Of a stretch of 64,000 nt of DNA, positions 9,064 through 18,749 are shown in pieces. Source of the DNA: a phage; the sequence record PX670417.1, one strand, 5' to 3'. Each line of letters opens with the position of its first letter. The stretch's first letter is position 1. A program made the position numbers and the translations under genes. The notes beneath the pieces were generated by a model that had not been told where the DNA came from, did no database searches, and worked only from the letters and a program-made list of their open reading frames with translations.

Positions 9064-11029
9064 CTGCATCCTCACTTAATACAGGTGGAATCGTTGAGCT
9101 TTGACGCTGTTCTTCAGTATAGACTTCACCAGTCTCGCGGTCAAACACTTCATCCTCATAATGAGGTAAAGAGTCATCGTAATGGTCTTCAGCTTCACCA
9201 ATACCAAACTGTTGGCGAATATTTTCTGCTGCACCATCAATATCAACACCACATCCAGAAGCTTTGATAAGACGTCCTGTATCTGGATTGTACCAAGTAT
9301 GACCAGCAATACCTGTTGATTTACCATGACGACGACACTTAGTTAACTTGATTTTTGTCAAGTTTTTCTTAACAGGGTCTGGGTCAACCTTGTTACGCAT
9401 TAACAAAATGTTATTCATGGAAATCTGAAAATACGCACCAGAACCCTTGATATCCTCTTCAGAGATATCCCCACCTTCAGAGTTAGCTTTCTGACCACCT
9501 GCACTCTTACGAACGTGACATACGTTTACCTGTGCATACTGGTAGCGTTTGCAACGACGCAATAGCTCAGACAAGACTTCCTCTTCATCCGTATCAGAAC
9601 GTGACAGAGCCAACGTAATAGGGTCAAGAATGATAATCTTACAGTCTAAACTATTAACAAGATAGTCAACAAATTCCAGCAGGTTATCTTGGTCAATTGC
9701 CCCTTGATGGTCAACGATATGGATACGACGACCTTTAGATAGTTCTGCGTGCGCTCCCTTTAGCTCATCCCAATCACGTTCATCATAAGGAATCTCAGAA
9801 ATCTGCTTGCTCAGGTGGATTGCACAGAGCATTTCCATCAACTCTTCATAGGTATCTTCTACAGGAATTACACCGATATTATAATCAGTTTCTTTCCAAG
9901 CTGAATAAATCATCTCACGAGTGTAAGCTGACTTACCTACTGAAGATGGTGCTGCAATAGTTGTAATCTCGCCTAAACCATAACCACCATAAGTCAACCT
10001 GTTCAAATCCCCGAAAGATTCTGGGAAAGGAATCAATGGAATCTGACCACGATTCTTCATTGCCTCAAAACCATCTGCGAAGTTCTTGATACCAGCAGGG
10101 CAGTAACGAGGTGCATTGTAGATACGCTGCTTAAATCCTTCCAGAACTGTATCTTTCTCTTTATAGAACTTTGTCCACCATTCATTAAGGTCTTTTACGC
10201 CTTCTGGATACTGGAATAAACGAACCTTCTCAATAGGAAGGATACCAGCAGCCTCTTTGGTAGCTTTAGCACCTGCTTCATCGTTATCAAAGCACAAGTA
10301 AATCTCATCAAAGGATGTGATGTACTGATAGTTGTCTTTGATAGACTTAATGTTTGCACCTGATGGAACAGATACGTGACAGTAATTCTTACGACGAGAC
10401 TTATCTTTAATTGCCAGAGAAGTCATGTAGATTGCCGTGGCACACTCCATCTCACCTTCCCAGATGAATAGGCGGTTACCACCTTCTGGAGCAATCCATG
10501 AACCGAACATTGCCAGTTCACCTTTAATGTCTCCAACACCACCTGAAAAGTCTTTTAACTTTCCACGTAGATGTTCTTTTGGGTGGTCTTCTGGGTAACG
10601 GTGACGAACACGGTAGCCAACATGTTCTAGCTTGCCATCTTCATTGCGTTTGTACGTTGGGTAGAAATGTGCGTCAATTTCACCGTCACTGTCAATGTCA
10701 ACCTTGATACCTAAACGTTCAAGGACTTTTGCAGGAATCTTCCTGTCTTTCAAGTCCATTGCTTCTAGGTTTTCTTTTACATCATCTAAATCCATTCCAC
10801 GGAAAGTACGATTTTTATTATCTGAACCGGTAGAATAAGTGCTCACGATTTGTCCTTTATCAAAATCCCACTCTGGGAAACCTTTATTACAACTAAAGCA
10901 AGTCATCGAATAAGAATCATCGTCATGATGGTAGATTGAACCAGCATCTGATGAACCACAACGTGGACATGCACAATGACCAATAAACTGACCAGCCTCT
11001 TTCAATTTACGACCTTTAGACATTAGCAC
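9038..11029 (-). CDS. bifunctional DNA primase-helicase (T7 gp4-like)
   Basis: 663 aa; N-terminal Cys4 zinc-binding region (CxxC...CxxC), TOPRIM-like DxD region (CFDNDEAG), Walker A APSSVGKS in C-terminal helicase half. Confidence 0.85.
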   Translation of the reverse strand: MLMSKGRKLKEAGQFIGHCACPRCGSSDAGSIYHHDDDSYSMTCFSCNKGFPEWDFDKGQIVSTYSTGSDNKNRTFRGMDLDDVKENLEAMDLKDRKIPAKVLERLGIKVDIDSDGEIDAHFYPTYKRNEDGKLEHVGYRVRHRYPEDHPKEHLRGKLKDFSGGVGDIKGELAMFGSWIAPEGGNRLFIWEGEMECATAIYMTSLAIKDKSRRKNYCHVSVPSGANIKSIKDNYQYITSFDEIYLCFDNDEAGAKATKEAAGILPIEKVRLFQYPEGVKDLNEWWTKFYKEKDTVLEGFKQRIYNAPRYCPAGIKNFADGFEAMKNRGQIPLIPFPESFGDLNRLTYGGYGLGEITTIAAPSSVGKSAYTREMIYSAWKETDYNIGVIPVEDTYEELMEMLCAIHLSKQISEIPYDERDWDELKGAHAELSKGRRIHIVDHQGAIDQDNLLEFVDYLVNSLDCKIIILDPITLALSRSDTDEEEVLSELLRRCKRYQYAQVNVCHVRKSAGGQKANSEGGDISEEDIKGSGAYFQISMNNILLMRNKVDPDPVKKNLTKIKLTKCRRHGKSTGIAGHTWYNPDTGRLIKASGCGVDIDGAAENIRQQFGIGEAEDHYDDSLPHYEDEVFDRETGEVYTEEQRQSSTIPPVLSEDADDCPFETE

Positions 11030-11216
11030 CTCTTCGTTGTAGTTCTGCCTTCAATCCGTTTTCAATCTTGTCCAGTTCATGAATTTCGTCTGCAATCTCT
11101 TTCCTTCGTGATTCAACTCTCTTAAGACGTTCAACCATTACCTCATCGGAAAGAGATGAGAGTTCCACTAAACGATGGTCAATAACTTTAAAATTATCTT
11201 TTACTCTCATCTTCAT
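11016..11216 (-). CDS. small coiled-coil protein
   Basis: ORF track 66 aa. Confidence 0.4.
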   Translation of the reverse strand: MKMRVKDNFKVIDHRLVELSSLSDEVMVERLKRVESRRKEIADEIHELDKIENGLKAELQRRGANV

Positions 11217-11224
11217 TCTCTCTT

Positions 11225-11968
11225 TTAAATTTTCAGGATAGCTCTTAGCTTGCTTTCAAGGTCTTCAAGAGTACCATTATTATGGATAATGTCACGCGCA
11301 TATTTGGTAGAAATTCCATTTTCTGAAACATGTGATGAAACTTTATCCACATTGTCTCTTTTTACTTCAATAGTTTGGTGTGCAAATCTGCTCAACCACT
11401 CAGCTTCAGAGTCAAACCTTAAGTCACTGATTAAAACAACACCTTCTTGATTTCTAAGTGAACAAGATTCAAAGAATCGAACCATCCGTTTTTCGAGGTC
11501 TTTAGACCAGAACTTGTCACCCATAACTTTACGGATAACTTCAGTGCCCCAAATCTGTTGAATTTGCCTTGATGAGAATTTATACTTTTTACTAAACCCC
11601 AGACGTGTCAATATGGTCGGTTTAGCGACCTTCTTAAGCTCCATGATTAATCGTCCTGTTAGCTCCGACATAAGCTTAAAGTCCATATGGTAACGTTCAT
11701 CTCTGAAGGTGAACTCAATAGCTTCCGTAACTTTAGGCATAAGTTCAGAGTATGCTAAATCAAAAACCTGTGGAGTCTCTTTAGTTTCGCCGTAAAGGTC
11801 ATTCCATGTCAAGTCAAATATCTTTGATGCAGATAGTTTAAGATTGTCTGCATAGGCCATTACTGCAACATTGTAGCCATACTCATCTTCTAAGATATTC
11901 TTGACAATAGAACATGAGGTATCCTTTCCAGAACGTGCTTTTCCAGTAAATGCGATAATATTACTCAT
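11225..11968 (-). CDS. deoxynucleoside monophosphate kinase (T4 gp1-like)
   Basis: 247 aa; N-terminal P-loop FTGKARSGKDT closely resembles T4 dNMP kinase GVKRSGKDT. Confidence 0.7.
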   Translation of the reverse strand: MSNIIAFTGKARSGKDTSCSIVKNILEDEYGYNVAVMAYADNLKLSASKIFDLTWNDLYGETKETPQVFDLAYSELMPKVTEAIEFTFRDERYHMDFKLMSELTGRLIMELKKVAKPTILTRLGFSKKYKFSSRQIQQIWGTEVIRKVMGDKFWSKDLEKRMVRFFESCSLRNQEGVVLISDLRFDSEAEWLSRFAHQTIEVKRDNVDKVSSHVSENGISTKYARDIIHNNGTLEDLESKLRAILKI

Positions 11969-12028
11969 TTTATCCCCTTAATTACTAAAAAGCCCCCAAT
12001 TAAGGAGGCTTGTAAGATTTATAAATGC

Positions 12029-12841
12029 TTAGTGAAGTTGTTCACTAGTAATTTGTGAGTGCTCTTTTTCAGCCATAGCTGAGACTTGCTTCACAAAATC
12101 GTCACCAAAGTGAATGCGAAGCTTCTCTTCAATGATTGAAGCACCAATGTTTACCAAAACATCATTGATTGCTTGCATACTGACACCACCAGTCATCTCC
12201 TCAACGAACTCAATGGTTACACCCAACATCTGAGCAAGTTGGATTAGTGCAACGATATTCATCATTGTAGAAATAGCTGGAATCATCAGAGCGACCTTCA
12301 CCTGTAGTGGTTCTACATCAGCTACAGAATCATCTTTCACAGCTTCTGCTAAAGACTCTTTAGTTTGCTGGATAATCTCTCTGATTCGTGGGGTTAACTC
12401 TTCTACACCCCAATCAAACTTTTCATATCGTGAAAGCTTCTCTTCCATGCGCTTCTCAAGAGCAGCCATAACAGCACTTGTTGATGCAACGATTGTATCA
12501 ATAAGGGAATCATTATCCTGAGTCAGCAACAGTTCTTTATTTTCGTCTGACATCCTGATATAGTCATTCTTTTGCATTTCATAAAAAATGAACTCAGCAA
12601 GTGCGTCAACACCAACAGCGATAGATGCCAGAGCTAGTGAAGTGTCTGTCAACATCATGTTAACCTGTTCTGCAAAAGCACCGTTATCAGACTTGTCTTT
12701 AGGCAAGTTATAGCTTGCAGGCATAAACCGTTCTGTGTAGTTGTTTCCACGAAGAATCATAGCCATGCTTTCTACGGCATTGATTAAGAATGCTTCGTCA
12801 ATACCTTTTTCTTTAAGCATTTGGTCTACAGTAGTGTTCAT
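12029..12841 (-). CDS. hypothetical protein
   Basis: ORF track 270 aa. Confidence 0.5.
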   Translation of the reverse strand: MNTTVDQMLKEKGIDEAFLINAVESMAMILRGNNYTERFMPASYNLPKDKSDNGAFAEQVNMMLTDTSLALASIAVGVDALAEFIFYEMQKNDYIRMSDENKELLLTQDNDSLIDTIVASTSAVMAALEKRMEEKLSRYEKFDWGVEELTPRIREIIQQTKESLAEAVKDDSVADVEPLQVKVALMIPAISTMMNIVALIQLAQMLGVTIEFVEEMTGGVSMQAINDVLVNIGASIIEEKLRIHFGDDFVKQVSAMAEKEHSQITSEQLH

Positions 12842-12842
12842 A

Positions 12843-13265
12843 TTATTTCTCTCTCAGTTGGTTAAGTTTCTTTCTAGAACATTTTAAGTTTTCTGATGAA
12901 GAAAAGTCAAGTGTCTTTTCAGAACGTGGATAGTAATGTCTATCCCAAGAAGTTTCAACATCGTTAATCAGTGACGCTAGATTACACAGGTCTGTACCAC
13001 TTTGCAACCTCTTTTTAAGAGAATCTAGTAAAGCAACTGTGTCTTTAGCTTTACGTCTCGCTGTAGCAACATCTTTCATATGCTCAAATACAGAGCATTT
13101 TAAGTCATCTTCATAGTTTTCAGACAACTCTATCTCATGTTGTATATCAACCATTCTCCTGTGATGGTGAGCATATTCCCGTTGAGCAGCAATGTCAAGT
13201 TCTTCCAACTTCTGCAAAGCTCTAACAAAGTCAGCTATGTCTGGGTGAACAAACATTTTCTGCAT
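12843..13265 (-). CDS. hypothetical protein
   Basis: ORF track 140 aa; first gene of the minus-strand early block. Confidence 0.5.
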   Translation of the reverse strand: MQKMFVHPDIADFVRALQKLEELDIAAQREYAHHHRRMVDIQHEIELSENYEDDLKCSVFEHMKDVATARRKAKDTVALLDSLKKRLQSGTDLCNLASLINDVETSWDRHYYPRSEKTLDFSSSENLKCSRKKLNQLREK

Positions 13266-13439
13266 GTAAGCCTCTTTTAAGTAACTATTAAGTTTTAATC
13301 TTTTATCTTAACGTATTCTATACGTTATACTTTAAAGCTTTTTAAAAGCTATTAAATAATCTTTTAAGAGTTTTAAAGTATCTGTATAGTTAAACTGTTA
13401 AGTAACCTTTTAAGTAAAAACCCACTTCGCAAAGATTAA

Positions 13440-13464
13440 CACCTTGTCAAGTGCATTGTCAACT
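13440..13464 (-). promoter_or_regulatory. tandem TTGACAA elements including 11-mer TTGACAAGGTG (minus strand) in divergent intergenic region
   Basis: Revcomp of 13440-13450 is TTGACAAGGTG; second GTTGACAA at revcomp 13456-13464; same 11-mer recurs at 16230 and 55714. Confidence 0.45.
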
Positions 13465-13523
13465 TGCTTTTTATAATTTTTTGCAGTAATGTATGAGGTT
13501 AATGGTTTTAGAGGGAGTAAAAA

Positions 13524-16223
13524 ATGGAAAACATAGATTTTAAAAACTTACATTTGGTTGGTGATACAGAGACTGATGGTTTACTCCTTGAGTTCACTAA
13601 AGTTCACGTAATGGCTTTTGCAGACTATAAATCTGACGATGAAGAGCCACCTGTATGGGTCTTTACAGATGAACCTATCCTCGGTCACAAGTATACCAAG
13701 TACATCAAGGGTGGCTTGCGTGAAGGTGTTGAGTTTGCGTTAAAGGCAAAACGTCTTTGCATCCACAATGGTCTGGGGTATGACTGGTGGGTTTTCAATC
13801 ACATTGCACCTGATTTGTGGAACTTTGATAATCCAAAGTGTAAGCCGTGGAGTAATTTCTTTCAGGATTCTCTTATCCAGTCTCGTGTTCAGTGGATGGA
13901 TAGACCAACTCCAAAGGGCTACAAAGGTGCTCATGGCTTGGCAGCATGGGGTGCTCGTGTTGGTGTCCGTAAACCAGAGATTGAACATTGGGGTGTGTGG
14001 AATGCAGAAATCTTCACTCGTGTTGTGGAAGATATCCGTATTAACGCCAAAACTAAACGTGCACTGGATAATGAATATCTGAAGTTAAAGAAGTGTGGCG
14101 TAGACACCTATGAAACTTACATGCGAGCTAAAGAAACATCTTTCTGGATGAGTCAACAAGCTATCAATGGTTGGAAAGCTGATAAAGAGCTTATGGAGTT
14201 CCATGTAAAGGAACTTGACAAGTTGACTAATGAGCTTGCTTCAGAAGTTGAACCACATCTTCCTCCAACTATTAAGACTAAAGGTAAAGTCACTGGAGAA
14301 GAATTTGCAAAAGCTTGGAATGAGTATGTTGAAACATTTGGTCATGCAGATGGACTGAAGAGAATTACCAAGTACCCTAAGACAAAGTATCGTCAACAGG
14401 TACGTAACGGTGAGATGCAGACATATGAAATTAAACCATTTGGTAAGCCAACTACAAAGATTTTTAACATTGAAAAGCGGAATTGCTATACACCAACAAA
14501 CTCTGTAACTGGTGAAGAGTACAAGGAAGGCTTTGTAGCAATGAAGGATGCTCGTGCAATTTGCAATGAGTTGAATGCAAAGATTGGTAAGAAATGCAAA
14601 GACTGGAAGCCAGTAAAAACAGTTAAGACTGTGAAGTACTATAACAGTCATGTTGTTAACCACTTTGAACTTGAGTCAAGTCGCTACACAGGTTTGATTG
14701 ATGCGCCATATACACCAATTGAGTTCGAAGTTTCTCGTATGACTCAGGTAGCAGTTGTTAAAGACTACCTGAAATCAGTTGGTTGGATTCCAGATGACTG
14801 GAACTACAAGAAAGACTCGGATGGTCGTCCTGTCAAAGTTTGTCGTTTCAAAGACAACAAAAAGATGATTACAAAACATCCTAAGTGGCAGGAGATGGTG
14901 GAACGGTGTGGCTTGAGTTATGTTGAACACGAAGGTGTCCAGTACATTGAGCATAACTGGTCTGTGAAGAAGTACACAGATTTGCTTGAACCTTGCTTAA
15001 TCCGTACTTCACCAAAACTTACTGAATCATCTTATGATACGATTGAAGGTGAGCTTGGACAGAAGATTGCTAAGTACTATACTTTGATGCACAGACGCAG
15101 AACTATTGAGAACTCAAAGGATGATGAAAAAGGTTGGTTGAACCAGATTCGTCCTGATGGTCGCCTTAGTGCTGGTGCAATGGTGTTTGGTACTTCAACT
15201 GGACGTATGACACAATATGGTATTGTAAACGTACCGTCTGGTGCTGCTGTCTATGGGGAACCAATGAGGGCAGTGTGGATTTGTGAAGAAGGCACTAATG
15301 TTGTCTCTGTGGATATGAACTCAGCCCAGCTAGTTCTTCTTTGTAACTTTATGGGTGACAAAGACTTCACCAAAGCGGTAACACAAGGTAAAGAAGAGAT
15401 TGAGTTTATTCGTCAAGAAGATGGACGCTATTACTGCAAACACTTTGATGAGTACCTCAACCCAGAGATTGATAAGTACCTTCGCTATGACTCTGAGAAT
15501 GACCTTTACGTTGTCTATTCAGGGACTGATGCACACACACTGAACAGTATTTACTTTAGCTTGAATGATGAGCAGGACATCTTGACTTGTCGAGCTACTC
15601 AGGATGAGAACCTTCTACACGAGATTAGTAAGGGTCGTAAGAAAGCTAAGAATGGTATCTATGCACTGCTGTTCGGTGCAGGTGATGAGAAGTTTGCTAA
15701 GACGATTAAAGCTGCAACTACTCAGGAAGGCGCACTGACTAAACAGACTTACTTTATTCGTTTGCCTAAAATTAAGAAACTGCTAGATGACTTGGAAGCT
15801 GACTACAAAGCGATTAAAAAGGCACTTGAAGAGGTGTTTGGTAAGACTGCTGCAATCTCTAAAGGGGGTTTTGTAAAGGTTGCTGGAGCTTGGTTGTGGT
15901 GTAAATCTCCACACAAACTGTTGAACTATCTTTTGATGGGTTCAGAGGCGCAGATTCAAAATGAGGCAATTAACCTTGCTTGTCGTCGTATGATTGACGA
16001 AGGTTTGATGAAGTTGAATGGTCGTCAACCAGCTATTGGTGCTCGTTTGCTCTGCGCATATCACGATGAGACGAGTTGGGAATGTCCAGAAAGTATGACG
16101 GCAGAGGTGAAAGCTGTTACTGACTGGTATTATGGACAAGCTTCTAAGAACTTAGGTCTTAAGAAAGAAACGCTTGTTACAGGTACTGGTAAGGTTGGTA
16201 AAAGCTGGTATGAGGTACACTAA
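13524..16223 (+). CDS. DNA polymerase, family A (with 3'-5' exonuclease domain)
   Basis: 899 aa; Exo I-like DTETDGL near N-terminus; motif B-like KKAKNGIYALLFGAG; motif C-like YHDE. Confidence 0.9.
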   Translation: MENIDFKNLHLVGDTETDGLLLEFTKVHVMAFADYKSDDEEPPVWVFTDEPILGHKYTKYIKGGLREGVEFALKAKRLCIHNGLGYDWWVFNHIAPDLWNFDNPKCKPWSNFFQDSLIQSRVQWMDRPTPKGYKGAHGLAAWGARVGVRKPEIEHWGVWNAEIFTRVVEDIRINAKTKRALDNEYLKLKKCGVDTYETYMRAKETSFWMSQQAINGWKADKELMEFHVKELDKLTNELASEVEPHLPPTIKTKGKVTGEEFAKAWNEYVETFGHADGLKRITKYPKTKYRQQVRNGEMQTYEIKPFGKPTTKIFNIEKRNCYTPTNSVTGEEYKEGFVAMKDARAICNELNAKIGKKCKDWKPVKTVKTVKYYNSHVVNHFELESSRYTGLIDAPYTPIEFEVSRMTQVAVVKDYLKSVGWIPDDWNYKKDSDGRPVKVCRFKDNKKMITKHPKWQEMVERCGLSYVEHEGVQYIEHNWSVKKYTDLLEPCLIRTSPKLTESSYDTIEGELGQKIAKYYTLMHRRRTIENSKDDEKGWLNQIRPDGRLSAGAMVFGTSTGRMTQYGIVNVPSGAAVYGEPMRAVWICEEGTNVVSVDMNSAQLVLLCNFMGDKDFTKAVTQGKEEIEFIRQEDGRYYCKHFDEYLNPEIDKYLRYDSENDLYVVYSGTDAHTLNSIYFSLNDEQDILTCRATQDENLLHEISKGRKKAKNGIYALLFGAGDEKFAKTIKAATTQEGALTKQTYFIRLPKIKKLLDDLEADYKAIKKALEEVFGKTAAISKGGFVKVAGAWLWCKSPHKLLNYLLMGSEAQIQNEAINLACRRMIDEGLMKLNGRQPAIGARLLCAYHDETSWECPESMTAEVKAVTDWYYGQASKNLGLKKETLVTGTGKVGKSWYEVH

Positions 16224-16229
16224 TTAGTA

Positions 16230-16259
16230 TTGACAAGGTGCTCATGGAAGAGTACCTTA
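16230..16259 (+). promoter_or_regulatory. promoter-like element starting with TTGACAAGGTG
   Basis: TTGACA at 16230-16235, 17-bp spacer, TACCTT; directly upstream of gene at 16285. Confidence 0.45.
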
Positions 16260-16284
16260 TACAATATCTTATATAGGAGGGCTT

Positions 16285-16494
16285 ATGAGCCACCGTGGAA
16301 GAACCCATGCAGCGATGATGAAAGGTGCTTCAAAGGAAACTATCAAGAACCGTAAGCAGAAGTTGTTTGAGAGGATGAACAGACTAATTGACAATTCATC
16401 TCTTTCAGGTTCTGAGAAGGTTTTCTTGAAAGGTAACCTGAAAAGCATTGCACAAGAGCTTATTGATATTGAATATTGGAGACACCAAAAATGA
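16285..16494 (+). CDS. hypothetical protein
   Basis: ORF track 69 aa; RBS TAGGAGGG upstream. Confidence 0.45.
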   Translation: MSHRGRTHAAMMKGASKETIKNRKQKLFERMNRLIDNSSLSGSEKVFLKGNLKSIAQELIDIEYWRHQK

Positions 16495-16703
16495 CACTTG
16501 CAGACGTTATCCAGCAACTTCACGACAATTGCTATACTCCAGAGTTGATTCAGGAGATGCTTATTGTGGTGATGCCTAGCAAGTTCGTAAAAGGTTTTAA
16601 TCAGGACACTTTAAGGTCTGCGCATATCATTATCGTTGACGGTAAGATTGCAAGAGACCGCACAGGAGTCCTTAAGGGTGAACGTATCAGTATTGTCCTT
16701 TGA
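16491..16703 (+). CDS. hypothetical protein
   Basis: ORF track frame with start moved to ATG 16491 preceded by GGAGA; ATGA overlap with upstream gene. Confidence 0.4.
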   Translation: MTLADVIQQLHDNCYTPELIQEMLIVVMPSKFVKGFNQDTLRSAHIIIVDGKIARDRTGVLKGERISIVL

Positions 16704-16720
16704 GTATTGGGAACACCAAA

Positions 16721-16876
16721 ATGAAACGCAAAGTAAAATTATTTAGTTTATATGGGAGAGTCGGTAAAGGTTTTGATTGGCAACTGCTACGTTCAGATGT
16801 TAAAAGCAACGAATTAGCACAACTCATCATAAACTACCGGCGTACATACAGAGAAGTAGAACATCGTGAACAATAA
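16721..16876 (+). CDS. small protein (51 aa)
   Basis: ATG at 16721 preceded by the same TATTGGnnACACCAAAA element found before 16491; MKRKVKLFSLYGRVGKGFDWQ... Confidence 0.3.
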   Translation: MKRKVKLFSLYGRVGKGFDWQLLRSDVKSNELAQLIINYRRTYREVEHREQ

Positions 16877-16891
16877 AACAGGAGATGTGTT

Positions 16892-17128
16892 ATGTGGAAA
16901 GCAGTAATTGCACTTGGTGTTATTTTTCTAGCTGGCTGCAACCCTTCTTATGAGGATAAAAATGCTTCTTATAGCCTCCCACCAGAGATGCAAGATTGCA
17001 AAGTCTATAAGTTACATGGTGATGCCATAAGCAGAGATATTGTTGTTGTCAGATGTCCAAACTCTCAAACAACAACATCTTATAGCTATGGCAAAAATGG
17101 TCAATCACATACTACGGTTATTGAGTGA
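16892..17128 (+). CDS. small lipoprotein (signal peptide with LAGC lipobox); candidate superinfection-exclusion protein
   Basis: MWKAVIALGVIFLAGCNPSY... has hydrophobic h-region followed by lipobox L-A-G-C. Confidence 0.5.
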   Translation: MWKAVIALGVIFLAGCNPSYEDKNASYSLPPEMQDCKVYKLHGDAISRDIVVVRCPNSQTTTSYSYGKNGQSHTTVIE

Positions 17129-17138
17129 GGTTTTAACG

Positions 17139-17345
17139 ATGGAAGTCCTAGTAAACTATATCTACTGTTATGATGTTGTTCACTCCACTACAACCGTAGC
17201 TCAACGTAACCCAATCGTTCCACGAGAAGGTGAGTTGGTTCGCATCAAGGGTTGGACTTACACTGTGGAAAGCATCATTCATAAGTTTGATGTTGCTGGT
17301 GATGTTCAAGTGATTGACGTAGAGATTGGTGGTAAGAGAAAATGA
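17139..17345 (+). CDS. hypothetical protein
   Basis: ORF track frame, start at ATG 17139 after GAGG. Confidence 0.4.
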   Translation: MEVLVNYIYCYDVVHSTTTVAQRNPIVPREGELVRIKGWTYTVESIIHKFDVAGDVQVIDVEIGGKRK

Positions 17346-17560
17346 CTGTAGAAGATAAATTTAAGAACGCAGTTCTTACAGAAGATGGTGAGCTTGAAAC
17401 ATTCATTCTTCGTGTTGATGGTAAGCTATTCCGGTGTCGTTGTGGGTCAAACTGTTTCCATAAACCAGATAAAAATGACTTAGAGCTTTACGCATGTAAT
17501 GCTTGTTACACTTGGTATCACTCAGAGGTTAAAAATGACAATTCTGTACAAACAAAATAA
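17342..17560 (+). CDS. small Cys-rich (zinc-ribbon-like) protein
   Basis: 72 aa with CRCGSNC and CNAC pairs. Confidence 0.45.
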   Translation: MTVEDKFKNAVLTEDGELETFILRVDGKLFRCRCGSNCFHKPDKNDLELYACNACYTWYHSEVKNDNSVQTK

Positions 17561-18635
17561 AGACGGCTCTTTTAACGTCTGGTCATGCGTTGCTGTAGGT
17601 GACAAAGTTGTTACAACCTACGGTAAAGAAAATGGCAAGATGATGTTTGAAGAGTATACAGCAGAACCTAAAAACATCGGTAAAAAGAATGAGCGTAACG
17701 CTGAACAGCAAGCTCTCTTTGAAGTTGCTGCTAAGTATAAAAAGCAAGTTGACCGCAAAGGTTATGCTTACACAAAAGAGTCTGCACATAACACTGAAAA
17801 GGTAGGTGTACAGCTTGCTCATGATGCTGCAAAAGTTAGTCATGCAAAGTATTTGATATTCCCTGCTGATGCTCAACCAAAACTTGATGGTGTTCGTTGT
17901 AGAATTTCAAGAGATGCTGATTCAGTTAGCTTCACGGCTTATTCTCGTGAAAATACTGTTTACAACGTCCCAGCAGAACTAATCCCAGATTTGCTTTTGT
18001 TGCTTAAATTGCATCCACAAGTCGAGGACTTTGATGGTGAGATTTATGCTCATGGCTGGGACTTAGAAGATATTGTATCTATGATTAAGAATGCTGACAA
18101 TCCAGACCGTCACCTTCTTAAATTCTACTGGTATGATATCTGTGACAATTCAAGAACTTGGCCTGAGCGTCGTGAAATTATTGATAGCTCACCCATTATT
18201 GAGCTTGGTGATACCTGTAGAGTAGTTCCTGTACAGACTATCCGTGTTAACTCTTGGGAAGAGTTTGATGAAGCTCATGATAAGTGGGTTGAAGCTAAGT
18301 TTGAAGGTGCAATGTACCGTTCAATCTCTGAAGATTCCTTCTACGAGTGTTGTCACCGTTCATACTTCTTGATTAAACATAAGAAGATGCACACTGAAGA
18401 GTTTAAAGTGACTGGTGTCAAGACCGATAAACGTGGTCATGGTAAGTTCGTTGTAGAGACTCTTCCTAACGTCTTTGTAGATGTCTCATGGAAGACTACT
18501 CATGAGAAGAAACAGTATCTTGCTGAACATCCTGAAGAGTTTATCGGGAAGCCTTTAACGGTTCAGTTCCAGAAGATGACTCGTAAGGGTTCTTTGCAGT
18601 TCCCTGTTGGGTTAGTCATACGAGATTATGAATAA
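17535..18635 (+). CDS. ATP-dependent DNA ligase
   Basis: Motif I KLDGVR (adenylation lysine); start set to ATG 17535 with GAGG RBS. Confidence 0.75.
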   Translation: MTILYKQNKDGSFNVWSCVAVGDKVVTTYGKENGKMMFEEYTAEPKNIGKKNERNAEQQALFEVAAKYKKQVDRKGYAYTKESAHNTEKVGVQLAHDAAKVSHAKYLIFPADAQPKLDGVRCRISRDADSVSFTAYSRENTVYNVPAELIPDLLLLLKLHPQVEDFDGEIYAHGWDLEDIVSMIKNADNPDRHLLKFYWYDICDNSRTWPERREIIDSSPIIELGDTCRVVPVQTIRVNSWEEFDEAHDKWVEAKFEGAMYRSISEDSFYECCHRSYFLIKHKKMHTEEFKVTGVKTDKRGHGKFVVETLPNVFVDVSWKTTHEKKQYLAEHPEEFIGKPLTVQFQKMTRKGSLQFPVGLVIRDYE

Positions 18636-18641
18636 AAGTTG

Positions 18642-18669
18642 TTGACATAGAAAATTTGGTGAGTATACT
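18642..18669 (+). promoter_or_regulatory. sigma70-like promoter TTGACA-16-TATACT
   Basis: TTGACA 18642-18647, TATACT 18664-18669; transcript would run through repeat region R1. Confidence 0.55.
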
Positions 18670-18699
18670 GAGCAGCATAAACCAACGGGTACTCACCAG

Positions 18700-18738
18700 C
18701 ATCACTTAAGAGTCTTTGAAAAGGGTTTTTAAGTGATG
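18700..18738 (+). other. long hairpin (10-bp stem CATCACTTAA / TTAAGTGATG), copy 1
   Basis: Perfect 10-bp inverted repeat with 19-nt loop; second copy at 20224-20262. Confidence 0.5.
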
Positions 18739-18749
18739 TGTAGCTCGGT

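Noticed and set aside
13440-13464. Tandem TTGACAA elements as canonical sigma70 promoters for the minus-strand genes
   Set aside because: No acceptable -10 hexamer at 16-18 bp spacing on the minus strand (AAGTGG or TTAATC), so they are reported as a conserved regulatory motif, not as confirmed promoters.
13740-14663. Several ORFs overlapping the DNA polymerase gene on either strand (13740-13988, 13768-14082, 14241-14663)
   Set aside because: Completely contained within the well-supported polymerase CDS; alternative-frame artefacts.
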